64,000 nt of DNA, taken from contig CBDANS010000005.1 of assembly GCA_965197745.1 (NCBI GenBank), positions 1 through 64,000 on the forward strand, in the 5' to 3' direction. A program made the translations under genes and the position numbers. Shown here piece after piece: positions 43,433 through 53,263 of this stretch. Position 1 is the stretch's first letter; the number at the start of each line of letters is the position of its first letter. The notes under the pieces are model-generated. The model saw only the letters and a program-made list of their open reading frames with translations. It was not told where the DNA came from and did not search any database. The stretch is from Opitutales bacterium. GTDB taxonomy: Bacteria; Verrucomicrobiota; Verrucomicrobiia; Opitutales; PNEW01.

Positions 43433-44320
43433 TCAGTTAATAGGTAGAATGTGTGGAAAAGGTACAATTCCAGAAGTCTCTTTTATATGTTCTAGATCTT
43501 TAAGCCACGCGTCTTTACAGCCAGGTAATTTCGCATGGATTATGCTTCTAAATTTTTCCTTCAGTTTTTCGTCACCATCACCATAGTGTAATTGTCTTAA
43601 TAATTCCACACCTAATTGGCAGCGCAGCCCTGCTTTACCCGGTTGTTTTATTTTTCTTTTTTTATTAACTGGAAAACTTTCTTTCAGTGTATTAACTGTA
43701 AGCCAACCCGGTTTAGTAAGCCATGCTTTAAAAATCTCAAGTCCTACAGTAGGTGAATATTGCTGAGCATAAGGACCTCGGGCAGGTGTGGAAGGTTTCG
43801 CAGTTATTGATTTTAAAAACCTTTCAATCGTTTTAAAATTAACAGCAATTGCATCCGCATATTCATAAATAGTATGGGGTTCCAACCAATTAAAATCTGA
43901 ATCCACAGTGGTTACTCTATGATATCTTCGATTTCTTTTATACTTAGAATCTAATACGGCAGCTATTAATTTCTTCCTTATATTTTTATAATATTCATCC
44001 TTCCATTCAGGACAGATAGAATTAAGGTTTCTTCGCTCTCTTTCTTGAATTTCGCAAATAAGCATTCCATACAAGAAAGTCCGCCAGATTGTTTCATTTT
44101 GTCTCCGCAAAGTTTTAACAGCTTTCCAGGTCTGATTTTCGAATTGCTTTATTGGAGTAAGTTTTTCAATAAGAAATTCTAATTTGTCATCACTTAATCC
44201 AGTTTGTTCCCAGGGTTTTTTTGAACGGTCTATCTTTGATAATAATTTACTTATTTTTCTCTCATCTTTTGTTAGGACTGCTACTGGTTGACGCTTTGCT
44301 TTTGACTTATTTTTGGGCAT
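43433..44320 (-). CDS. Hypothetical basic protein (mobile element)
   Basis: 295-aa ORF, AT-rich. Confidence 0.65.
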   Translation of the reverse strand: MPKNKSKAKRQPVAVLTKDERKISKLLSKIDRSKKPWEQTGLSDDKLEFLIEKLTPIKQFENQTWKAVKTLRRQNETIWRTFLYGMLICEIQERERRNLNSICPEWKDEYYKNIRKKLIAAVLDSKYKRNRRYHRVTTVDSDFNWLEPHTIYEYADAIAVNFKTIERFLKSITAKPSTPARGPYAQQYSPTVGLEIFKAWLTKPGWLTVNTLKESFPVNKKRKIKQPGKAGLRCQLGVELLRQLHYGDGDEKLKEKFRSIIHAKLPGCKDAWLKDLEHIKETSGIVPFPHILPIN

Positions 44321-44457
44321 CGTTTTGCTGAATTTTATAATTTAGTTTCAAGATAACCTAATCACACCGGTTACTTTTAGAGTAAAAAGCCTATTAAACG
44401 AGGGGACAATGGGCCAATCAAATAGGTTATTTGAAGTGCAACGACTAAAAAATGGGA

Positions 44458-45754
44458 ATTATATACAATAGTGCCGAGGACACCCCAAGGCTTTGGGGCT
44501 CTATTGTACCCAGTTATGGTTGCGTAAGGACCTACGAAAGAGTGTGTTACGATGATTTGGAATTGGATAGTGCAAAATAGCAGTGTTATACGGGACTTGG
44601 GATCGATTCTATTGGGCATCTTCGGCATAGGATTTCTAGCATGGCGGTCAAGGAGCGCTGATCGCCAAGCGGAGGCATCGCAGATGCAAGCTGATGTTGC
44701 TCAGAAGCAGGTGTCTTTGGCGCGACGGGACTCACTAGTTGACCGCTACCAGAAGGGTTCCGATATGCTCGGTAACGAGACGATGTCGACACGTCTGGGC
44801 GGTATGTACTCGCTGAAGCGGCTTGCGGAAGACCACCCAAAACAGTTTCACATCCAGGTCATGGAGTTACTTTGCGCCTTTGTAAGGAATCCGCCACCCC
44901 TGAAGACTAACCCGGAACGGGTGCTTCGAGAAGACATACAGACCGCTTTGGATATCATCATTCACCGTAGCGACGAGAGTATCGAAATCGAGAACGCTTC
45001 TTGTCCTATGCTTAACAAAAGTGAAAAAAGGTTTCGTTTGGATCTTCACGGTGCAAACCTGGGATGGGCCGTCATCTCTCAGGCTAAACTTCAAGGAGCT
45101 CTTCTGGACAATGTAAATTTGGCGTATTCCGCTGGTAACGGTGCAGACTTTTCAGGTGCGTCGATGGTTGGGTCGAAAGTGAATAGCAAGTCGCATTTTA
45201 TCGGAGCAATCTTCGACAAGGCCATTATGAACAGTGCCGACATGTCACAAGCTATATTTCAAAATACGAGTTTCGTAAACACTCAACTCCTCGGCGTTGA
45301 CATGTCGGATTCCCTCTTCGAGCAGGCAAATATGTCCAAGTCAATTATCGGGACAGCCAATCTGACGAAGGCAAGACTAGATAGGGCGGACCTTTCTGGA
45401 GCCAAGTTTGGTGGAGGGATACGAAGTACACAAAACCGGTCAACTGGTGTTTGGACCAGAAAGGAGATATTCTGCGCGGTGACGCAACGCCAATTGGATT
45501 TGGCGATAGCTGATCCAGACGATCCTACCTCCATCGAAGAGGGCACTACTGACACGGAGACGGGTGAACAGATAGTCTGGAACCATCAGTTGTGCGGCGA
45601 TAAATGGGTGGAGCACCAGAAGCTATTGAGTTCACTAAGATAAAGGGAATGTTGCATTTAGTACATCGCCCGACGTACAGTCGCTTGTGCTCCATAGCCA
45701 GCATCCCCGTAGTGTGGTAACCTCTGCACTCGGTTGGGCACTATTGTATATAAT
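44458..45754. repeat. 18-bp perfect inverted repeats (44458-44475 and 45737-45754) bracketing the pentapeptide gene
   Basis: ATTATATACAATAGTGCC and GGCACTATTGTATATAAT. Confidence 0.85.
44552..45643 (+). CDS. Membrane-anchored pentapeptide repeat protein
   Basis: N-terminal TM, RLGGMYSL, LCAFVR, A(N/D)L pentapeptides. Confidence 0.9.
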   Translation: MIWNWIVQNSSVIRDLGSILLGIFGIGFLAWRSRSADRQAEASQMQADVAQKQVSLARRDSLVDRYQKGSDMLGNETMSTRLGGMYSLKRLAEDHPKQFHIQVMELLCAFVRNPPPLKTNPERVLREDIQTALDIIIHRSDESIEIENASCPMLNKSEKRFRLDLHGANLGWAVISQAKLQGALLDNVNLAYSAGNGADFSGASMVGSKVNSKSHFIGAIFDKAIMNSADMSQAIFQNTSFVNTQLLGVDMSDSLFEQANMSKSIIGTANLTKARLDRADLSGAKFGGGIRSTQNRSTGVWTRKEIFCAVTQRQLDLAIADPDDPTSIEEGTTDTETGEQIVWNHQLCGDKWVEHQKLLSSLR

Positions 45755-45884
45755 CCCCCAAAAAAATCGTCCCATTTACAAAGGTAGAATATCGGGATAT
45801 GATCTGCTCCCATTTTTTACTAGATCTGAGACAGCAGTGTTAGAGAAACCAGTTGAAAGTAGATGCATGCAGGTGAACGATACA

Positions 45885-46385
45885 AACAGGTTACGCTGAC
45901 GCAACCCTTGCTTGTGCTCACGGCCGCGCTTCTTAGAAGGTATGTGTACCGTTACGATAAAGTTACCGCGCAACAGTTCAGCCAGTTTGCGGGCATCGAG
46001 CCCGGTCATTCTTGATTTGCACTTTGGCAATCAGATGCATCTTGTAGGGATCGGCCAACACCACCCGTTCAACTACCTCCATTTCTTCCAACAGATCATA
46101 CAAGCGGTCTCAATTCCAGTAGCACTCCAACACCACTTCCCCAGGGTTACTCAGTGAGTCGAAGAACCGTTCAAAGCCAACTGCAGAGTTGCTTACGATC
46201 TTTGGCTCTTTCAGTTGCTCTCCTTCAGTGCTTACGGCACTTGCAATCGAATAACGTTTGTGGTAATCTATTCCCACATATATTTTATTTTTCATCTTTA
46301 GGGGTTCCTTCGGTTAGGTATTGTTACAGTCTTTTCTATTATACCAGATTGATGGGTTTCCCTTTCATGTTACCTGACCCCTTCT
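45885..46385 (-). mobile_element. IS110-family remnant (N-terminal transposase 46295 to about 45885, with upstream end)
   Basis: YVGIDYHK, VVLE, KND..DARKLAELLR; internal stop and frameshift; truncated. Confidence 0.8.
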
Positions 46386-46469
46386 TACTATCACCCACGG
46401 CTTAACATTCTCAATCGACAGCGATTGTTAAGAACTTTTTATGAGCTGGGTTAGACCGATTTGTTTATT

Positions 46470-47483
46470 ATGTCTCAAACAATTCCAATTAATACATCTA
46501 TATTATCTAGTGATGCCTTGCTTGAAGGAGTGTTAAATAGATATGCATTTAAAGGGAAAATCGAGTGCCATCTCTTTTGTTCTCGCGTAAATGACACTTA
46601 TGTTGTCAAGACTGATTCGTTAACTTACTACCTTCGTGTATATATTCACAGATGGCGATCGAGAAAAGAGATCGATGCAGAAATTGATCTTTTACGCTAT
46701 CTCAAGAAAAACGAGATTTCGGTCTCTGTCCCCATACAAAGAGAGGATGGATCATATATTACTGAGATAAATGCCCCTGAGGGCATTCGATACGCTGTGT
46801 TATTTACAGGTGCTGATGGTAATGTACCTCGTAATATGAACGACAAGCGCAGTTCATTATATGGTCGTTTAGCAGGTAGAATACATAATGTGACAGATAA
46901 GTTGGATAAAAAATATGAAAGATTCCACATTGATCTAATACATTTAATTGATGATCCACTGTGCCACATAGAACCATTACTCAAACACCGAGAAAAAGAT
47001 TTTAATTATCTATGTAAAATTGGGCAATCGCTGAAGCTTGAAATTGAAAAGTTGCTACCTCAAACCAAACCACAATATGGAATATGTCATGGCGACCATT
47101 ATGGTGGTAATGTTTTCTTTAACAAAAACGATGAAATGACGTTATTTGATTTTGATTGTTTTGGATATGGATGGAGAGCTTATGATATTGCTGTTTTTCT
47201 GTGTACTAGAACAACGATTGGCAATTGGAGTAAAGAAGCGAATTCAAAAAGGACAAAACGTTGGAACGCTTTTTTGAAAGGTTATACTCAGGAACGAGAG
47301 CTAAGTGACGAAGAGCTTGCAGCAACAAAGATATTCGTTCCGATTAGACATATATGGCTTTTAGGCGTGCAATCACAAAGTACCGAAAGACTCGGAAGAA
47401 TGTGGATGGACGATGCATATTTCGACCAGCATATTAATTTCATTAAAGATTGGATTAAAATAAAGCACTTAAAAATATCATAG
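46470..47483 (+). CDS. Aminoglycoside/homoserine kinase type II-like phosphotransferase
   Basis: YYLRVY, ICHGDHYGGN, LFDFD, YDIA. Confidence 0.85.
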   Translation: MSQTIPINTSILSSDALLEGVLNRYAFKGKIECHLFCSRVNDTYVVKTDSLTYYLRVYIHRWRSRKEIDAEIDLLRYLKKNEISVSVPIQREDGSYITEINAPEGIRYAVLFTGADGNVPRNMNDKRSSLYGRLAGRIHNVTDKLDKKYERFHIDLIHLIDDPLCHIEPLLKHREKDFNYLCKIGQSLKLEIEKLLPQTKPQYGICHGDHYGGNVFFNKNDEMTLFDFDCFGYGWRAYDIAVFLCTRTTIGNWSKEANSKRTKRWNAFLKGYTQERELSDEELAATKIFVPIRHIWLLGVQSQSTERLGRMWMDDAYFDQHINFIKDWIKIKHLKIS

Positions 47484-47518
47484 AACTTTGACCTCTTGCT
47501 CCCACTTCGATAATTATT

Positions 47519-47831
47519 ATGAATTCCCAAGAAGCTCTTAAGTCGGAAAAACCGGATAAACGTGCATTTAAGGTACAAGAGTCTTACAAGGCACTTGGCG
47601 GAGCGGGTAATGTAGCGGCTAATCTTGCATCGTTAGGTGTTAACGCGTCTTTGGTGGGTGTTACGGGAAATATATCTCAATATTGGACATTTTATTATTC
47701 GTGATTCTTCCAGACCTACTACCGCTAAGATACGTCTTTACGTAAATAACGAGTACCTTCTACGACGTGACCATGAAGCGATACATAAATTGGATAAGGA
47801 ACCATCTGCTTCAGCTGTGTCAAATGGATGA
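47519..47831 (+). pseudogene. RfaE/HldE-like PfkB sugar kinase fragment
   Basis: LGGAGNVAANLASLG, DSSRPTTAKIR in two frames. Confidence 0.7.
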
Positions 47832-48138
47832 TATGCAGTTGAGCGATTACTAATACATAATGCATCATTTGATGTTGGGCGATCTTACAAAATAGAAAGA
47901 AAAAATGATAGAAAAGTTAATCGATGATAAATTTTAATATACATTACTTTTGGTTACTCAGATATATAATTCCCTTCTAAAATAAAAAGTAAAGGTTTGC
48001 TAAATATTTGCTAATTATCATTCATTTTGCTGTATTTAATTGCATTTAAGCGCATTTTAAAAATTTCGTAAAGTGCTTAAAGATAACGACTAGAGAAACC
48101 AGATGAAAGTAGATGAATGCAGATGCACGCTCTAAACA

Positions 48139-48163
48139 GGTTCGAATCCAGTATCTCCCACCA
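48139..48163 (+). other. attR: duplicated 3' end of tRNA-Val(GAC)
   Basis: Identical to 6483-6507. Confidence 0.92.
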
Positions 48164-48289
48164 GCCTTCGCCCCCGCGGTGGCGGGACTGGCAGGCCAGC
48201 TATCAGCAATCGAAATCCATTAAATATTCAATCGCTCTATTGCCTGGGCGAAGGCTGCGCGCTGTAGTCCCGCGACTGCGGGACGGAGG
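48162..48289 (+). repeat. tRNA-3'-associated palindromic element (copy D)
   Basis: CAGCCTTCGCCC...GGGCGAAGGCTG inverted repeat followed by the GTCCCGCGACTGCGGGAC hairpin. Confidence 0.9.
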
Positions 48290-48313
48290 TGGAAATATCG
48301 ATAATGCTTATTT

Positions 48314-48931
48314 TTACCCGTTCGCTAGGGTGAGCAGGTCGCGGGTGCTCATAAAGGGTTTTGCTTTTTCAAGGAAGGTCTTAACGAGTTGATCAGGTGG
48401 CAAGTCGGAGGTGTCGATCTCCAGTTTCTGCTTAATCCAGGATTTTTGAACTTCTTCACGGAAACGTTCGAGGATCATCGGGATGTCATCTTTTTTGACT
48501 ATTGGATAATCATGAGGTTGAGCGTCCATGCGTGCCTCGATTACTTCCGGTCTGGCTGTAAAATGGACGAGAATACTATTATCGGGCATTTCCACCTCAA
48601 ATTGCCGAGAACCGTTTACCGGTAATCCTGGATAGTGATAGAGTGGGCCGTAGACTTCTTCTTCAATGTGAAATCCCCCTAATAATATATGGTCGATCAT
48701 ATTTATAAGGCGGACATGGTAAACAATCTGCATCTGCTGCCACCGCTGTTTAAGGGATGGGGACAGGGTCACTATGGTTGCTCGATCTTCAGGAGATAAG
48801 TGTTGACGATCGGGGATTGTAAAATGGTCATCGAGATGAAAATTAATTCCTCTGTCATTGCCCCATGCGATGAGACCATCACATAAAGTAGTCACACCTG
48901 TATATTCACATCCAACAGCAATAATTTTCAT
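48314..48931 (-). CDS. Hypothetical protein, nucleotide-kinase-like fold
   Basis: IIAVGCEYTGVTT degenerate P-loop, LVHFTARPEVIEARM, IDTS. Confidence 0.6.
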   Translation of the reverse strand: MKIIAVGCEYTGVTTLCDGLIAWGNDRGINFHLDDHFTIPDRQHLSPEDRATIVTLSPSLKQRWQQMQIVYHVRLINMIDHILLGGFHIEEEVYGPLYHYPGLPVNGSRQFEVEMPDNSILVHFTARPEVIEARMDAQPHDYPIVKKDDIPMILERFREEVQKSWIKQKLEIDTSDLPPDQLVKTFLEKAKPFMSTRDLLTLANG

Positions 48932-49290
48932 TATATTCTCCTCAGTATAGGTTAAAAGTTAAGTTTTCATTCATTGAAATGACAGGATTTGTCCTTGGCA
49001 AATAATTAATATCTCCTGTCATTTGGGGCTCAGAAAATCAGGGGTAAATCAAGGGGCATTGTAAATACGGCAATGTATTATTATGGGGATCACCCTAAGA
49101 TAGCTGAATTCCTTAAATTTTAGCTCATATAATAATAAATTAAACGAATATCAACGAAACATTGACATTCTAATCATTGTCTAAAATATGTGCCATACTC
49201 AAAAAATAGCATCACTTTAGATATTATTGTAATATTACTTACTGAACTAAGGTTAACCCTATATAGCTCAAGAGATTAAGCTTAATTATA

Positions 49291-49839
49291 ATGATGAAGA
49301 GCTGGATTTTATATAGTTCCATTTTATTAATCGCGGCAACGGCGTTTGGTGCAAAGAATGAGCGATATTCTAACCTTAAAGCGAGCGCCGATAAGGGGAA
49401 TGTCGAATCCCAATACCAGCTCGCCGTGATGTGCGAAAAAGGCGATGGCGTTACTCAAAGTTATATGAAAGCCATTAAATGGTACAAAAAAGCGGCTAAA
49501 CAGGGACACGCGCAGGCGCAGACAAATCTGGGCGTGATGTACGCTTCAGGCCAGGGGGTACTGGTCGATAATGTCGAGTCGATCAGGTGGACCACCCAGG
49601 CAGCGGAGCAGGGACACGCCCCAGCTCAATCCTATCTGGGATCCATGTATGCCGAAGGCTATGTGATTGAAAAAGATTATGTTAAAGCTTATATGTGGTT
49701 GAGAATTGCTTATTTATCCGGTGAAACGGATGTGGTTAGTGACATTGAAAAAATTAAAAGAAGTATGACTGCAGCCCAAATTGCCGAAGCTGATCGGAAT
49801 ATAAAATCCTGGCGAACGAAGCACAAAAAAAGCAGTTAA
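49291..49839 (+). CDS. Sel1-like repeat protein, secreted
   Basis: KWYKKAAKQGHAQAQTNLGVMY repeats. Confidence 0.92.
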   Translation: MMKSWILYSSILLIAATAFGAKNERYSNLKASADKGNVESQYQLAVMCEKGDGVTQSYMKAIKWYKKAAKQGHAQAQTNLGVMYASGQGVLVDNVESIRWTTQAAEQGHAPAQSYLGSMYAEGYVIEKDYVKAYMWLRIAYLSGETDVVSDIEKIKRSMTAAQIAEADRNIKSWRTKHKKSS

Positions 49840-50005
49840 GTTTGTAAGGGTTAAACAGGATTCAGGACAGAAATCGGGATCAGAAAATCTTAATGATAGA
49901 TTTTACATCATTCTCATAATCTTAACCGATAAACCGCTCAAACTATCAATCTGCTAAGACGGATTGTGCCCTTCCGGCAGTTACACCCCGAAACCTGCCT
50001 GGAGC

Positions 50006-50842
50006 TTATCGCTTAAATAATTCCCAACTGCGGCCGGACGATTCAGCGCGGAAACACTCAATATTTCCGCGATCTGCTACGGTCACATAGCAAGTCTGCC
50101 CATCTGCCCCACCAAATGCGATGTTGGTACATTCCTTGCCGGCGAGTTGAATCTCCTCAACGACTTCACCTTGTGGCGAAACTTTGGCTACCGTTCCTTT
50201 GCCATGACGTGTGACGTATATATTACCTTCGCTATCGCAGCGCATTCCGTCCATTCCAAAGTCAGAAAATTGAATCAACAACCGCTTGTTGCTGATTTCA
50301 CCTCCGGGTGAGAGGTCATATGCCCAGATATTACGCTGTACCGTCTCATTAACATAGAGAATACTTTCGTCCGGGCTTACCTCAATACCGTTCGTTGTCC
50401 CCATTGACGTTTCCAGCAATTTTACTTTCCCCTCATTATCTATACGCCATATCTGTCCCCAGGATTCACTCCAGTTAGGATCGCTGGCGTAGACAATATC
50501 ATTCGCTCCAATGGCAATATCATTGGGTTGATTCATATTCGGCTCATGCGCGTAAACTGATATCTCCCGCGTCACGCTATCAACTTTTAGAATGTTATGA
50601 TTTGTATAATCGGCAATTAGCATTTCACCTGCCTGATTAAAGCGGATACCGTTGCCGATGCTGCTGTCGGAAAGTTCGACGAAAATACTGCACTCACCCG
50701 TCGGTGTGACACACCCAATAGTATGCTCACGGGCATAGTTAACGGCATAGAGATTACCCTTGCAGTCACAGGCAGGTCCCTCAATACCGTGAGTAAATCC
50801 ATGGAGTGGAGTGAATGCTTTACTAACGTAATATTCGTTCAT
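50006..50842 (-). CDS. SMP-30/gluconolactonase family protein
   Basis: EGP, PND, NGIEVSPDE, DGMRCDSEGN, TNIAFGG. Confidence 0.9.
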   Translation of the reverse strand: MNEYYVSKAFTPLHGFTHGIEGPACDCKGNLYAVNYAREHTIGCVTPTGECSIFVELSDSSIGNGIRFNQAGEMLIADYTNHNILKVDSVTREISVYAHEPNMNQPNDIAIGANDIVYASDPNWSESWGQIWRIDNEGKVKLLETSMGTTNGIEVSPDESILYVNETVQRNIWAYDLSPGGEISNKRLLIQFSDFGMDGMRCDSEGNIYVTRHGKGTVAKVSPQGEVVEEIQLAGKECTNIAFGGADGQTCYVTVADRGNIECFRAESSGRSWELFKR

Positions 50843-51951
50843 CAGGCTACAAGTGAAGCACGGTTTAAGGATAGTTTGTCCAATGCTTCTGCTTTGGGTT
50901 CAGTGCCGATACCCGGATTCATGGTGGCTTGAAATTGAGAAGGAGCGGAATGCACCATTTCCGGTTCACCTAAATCGTCATGATAAAATCGGTCAGTAGG
51001 AAATATATCCGATGGATATTTCATGTTAGGCAGTGTCGCGAGAGCGACGCAATGGGCAGCGCCTACTGCCGACTCGAGCATACCGCCTATCCAGCAGGGA
51101 ATGTCAGCATCCAGACAAATTTTATTAATTGCTACAGCATTAGTAATTCCACCCACTCTACCGGGTTTTATATTAATCCATTGGCAAGCTCCACATTCAA
51201 TAGCCTGTCGCGCACTATTTGTTGAAACAATACTTTCGTCCAGACAGACTGGAGTTTTAATTTCTGCCTGCAGCTTGGCATGATCGAGCAAGTCGTCATG
51301 CATGAGCGGTTGTTCGATCATCGCGAGATTATAGTGATCCAGTTCTTTAAAGATATCGAGATCATCTAATGTATAGGCGCTGTTGCAATCGACATGAATG
51401 ATGGTATCGGGAAATTCTTTACGCACCGCTTCAATCATCCAGAGATCCCACCCGGGGCGAAATTTCAATTTCACGCGTTTGTATCCATGTCCCTGAGCAG
51501 AATGCATTTCCTGAAACAATTCATCGATCGTCTCCATGACACCTAAATCAGCCCCGGCCTCAATGGTCGCGTTCTTCCCGCCAATCATTTGCCAAAGAGG
51601 GATCCCTTGCATTTTCGCGTGCAAATCCCACCAGGCGAGATCAAATCCAGCTTTAGCAAAGTAATTTCCCTTTAATCCTGATAAATGGTGCTGAAGGTCG
51701 TCACCGGATTCTATCTCTTTTCCCAATAATAAGGGGGCCATGATATCACGGGAAATTAGAAATTGAGCGCTACAGCACTCAGGGGAATAAGCAGGTAATT
51801 TCCAGGGAGAGGATTCCCCCCAACCATAATGCTCCCCGGATGAAAGCCGGACAAAAACGGAATCGATGGTGTCGTTATTCCCAAAGGCTGTCCTGAAGGG
51901 GTAGATCAGAGGCATGGCGACATGCGCCATTTCAATCGCATCAATTTTCAT
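50842..51951 (-). CDS. menC: o-succinylbenzoate synthase / N-acylamino acid racemase (enolase superfamily)
   Basis: RVKLK, VDCNSAY, IEQP, CLDES, NIKPGRVGG, GGMLES. Confidence 0.8.
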   Translation of the reverse strand: MKIDAIEMAHVAMPLIYPFRTAFGNNDTIDSVFVRLSSGEHYGWGESSPWKLPAYSPECCSAQFLISRDIMAPLLLGKEIESGDDLQHHLSGLKGNYFAKAGFDLAWWDLHAKMQGIPLWQMIGGKNATIEAGADLGVMETIDELFQEMHSAQGHGYKRVKLKFRPGWDLWMIEAVRKEFPDTIIHVDCNSAYTLDDLDIFKELDHYNLAMIEQPLMHDDLLDHAKLQAEIKTPVCLDESIVSTNSARQAIECGACQWINIKPGRVGGITNAVAINKICLDADIPCWIGGMLESAVGAAHCVALATLPNMKYPSDIFPTDRFYHDDLGEPEMVHSAPSQFQATMNPGIGTEPKAEALDKLSLNRASLVA

Positions 51952-53162
51952 AGCGCAAAAATCTGGAGGCAGTGAAACAAAGAAATTTTCAAGCAATGGG
52001 CAGGATCAGGGAACGTCAGCCATGGCTTCAAGTTTCGCAAGAAGATCTTTCGCTTTCCTGCGTTTAGCCGGATCATATCCCATTTTTTCCAATAATATTG
52101 AAAGTCCTTAGTTGGCCAATCAGCATAGATATCCTCCCATTCAGCTAATCCCCCATGAGGGACCAGGGTTTTGGGCGAAATGGGATCGCTGACTTTTTGG
52201 TATCTGCCATCATTATCGCGTGCGATGATTCGTTGCAATGTGGAGACTGCTTGTGGATCACCATTTTCAGCCATCTCAAAAGCCATTACATCACGTTTAT
52301 GATGATAGCTATAGTCGTATTCCTTGATTTTCATATCCCATTTTTTCCAATAATATTGAAAGTCCTTAGTTGGCCAATCAGCATAGATATCCTCCCATTC
52401 AGCTAATCCCCCATGAGGGACCAGGGTTTTGGGCGAAATGGGATCGCTGACTTTTTGGTATCTGCCATCTAATGACAAGCGCAATTGGTCCGATTGGTTC
52501 GGCAAACCTTTATGCACGACCATACTGTGAAATATAAGGAGATCCGACTGTTTGAATGGGTTACTTACCCATGTGCCTTCGAGGGGATCAATTACCTCCA
52601 TTCCACCCGCGCCGAGCGAAGGGCGATGTTCATAAACTCCATGACGATGAGAACCCGACGCAATCTGAAGCCCACCCATTTTTTCCGGGATGTCAGACAA
52701 AGGTATCCACGCGGTATAAGTATCGGGACTGCCTTGAATGGGAATGAAATCCTGGTGCGCTGGTGTCGTAAAGGCATTCCGTTGAGGAAAGATCGTTCGG
52801 CCGATTACACTCGGGTGTAAGAAAACGGTGTCGTCTAAGAGTCTTTCAAATAAAGCGATTAATTCGGGACAGTGATAGATTGCTTGAAACTCCTGAAGTT
52901 TATACATTTGAAGATAAACTTCATTATACTTAGTTTCCGGCTCGACACAAAATCCATTGAGGTCGGCAATGGCCTGATCCAGTGGCGCGTCTTTTTTAAC
53001 CCACCCCGCATGGCGCGCAATTTCCAACAGTTTTAGTCTCAGGCTTTCGAGCTTGTTTGTAGGCATCAATCCGCGAATAAATAAATAACCGTCGCGCTCC
53101 ATGCGATTGCGCAGCTCAAGTCCATTATCAGCTACATCTGTAGAATCAAGAAATGGGTTCAT
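51948..53162 (-). CDS. Phytanoyl-CoA dioxygenase (PhyH) family protein with a 3' duplication altering the C-terminus
   Basis: TPAHQD, GSH, HKGLPN, RLSLD; 52073-52211 duplicates 52331-52469. Confidence 0.85.
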   Translation of the reverse strand: MNPFLDSTDVADNGLELRNRMERDGYLFIRGLMPTNKLESLRLKLLEIARHAGWVKKDAPLDQAIADLNGFCVEPETKYNEVYLQMYKLQEFQAIYHCPELIALFERLLDDTVFLHPSVIGRTIFPQRNAFTTPAHQDFIPIQGSPDTYTAWIPLSDIPEKMGGLQIASGSHRHGVYEHRPSLGAGGMEVIDPLEGTWVSNPFKQSDLLIFHSMVVHKGLPNQSDQLRLSLDGRYQKVSDPISPKTLVPHGGLAEWEDIYADWPTKDFQYYWKKWDMKIKEYDYSYHHKRDVMAFEMAENGDPQAVSTLQRIIARDNDGRYQKVSDPISPKTLVPHGGLAEWEDIYADWPTKDFQYYWKKWDMIRLNAGKRKIFLRNLKPWLTFPDPAHCLKISLFHCLQIFAL

Positions 53163-53263
53163 ATAGTATCGGATTTAGAGGTGATAGAGAAAATGTTCGC
53201 AGGACTGAATACTGTATCAATAATTCATGCTATGGTTCAAGTAAAGAAGCAAACATGCCGCTT

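Larger units (their letters stand above)
6483..48163. mobile_element. tRNA-Val(GAC)-anchored genomic island (mosaic, ~41.6 kb)
   Basis: 25-bp direct repeat GGTTCGAATCCAGTATCTCCCACCA at 6483-6507 and 48139-48163; adjacent integrase; TTTGCTAA motifs at both ends. Confidence 0.75.

Noticed and set aside
45690..45740. Integron attC after the pentapeptide gene
   Set aside because: GTTGGGC is present but there is no complementary RYYYAAC or proper stem, and neither recombinase looks like IntI
37000..46000. Intact prophage or conjugative element
   Set aside because: No capsid, terminase, tail, relaxase or T4SS genes recognisable
46296..46385. Functional IS110 bridge RNA system
   Set aside because: The transposase is truncated with a stop and frameshift, and the non-coding end is too short to assign by eye
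48117..48392. ORFs 48117-48392 and 56010-56222
   Set aside because: They are translations of tRNA/att and palindromic repeat DNA
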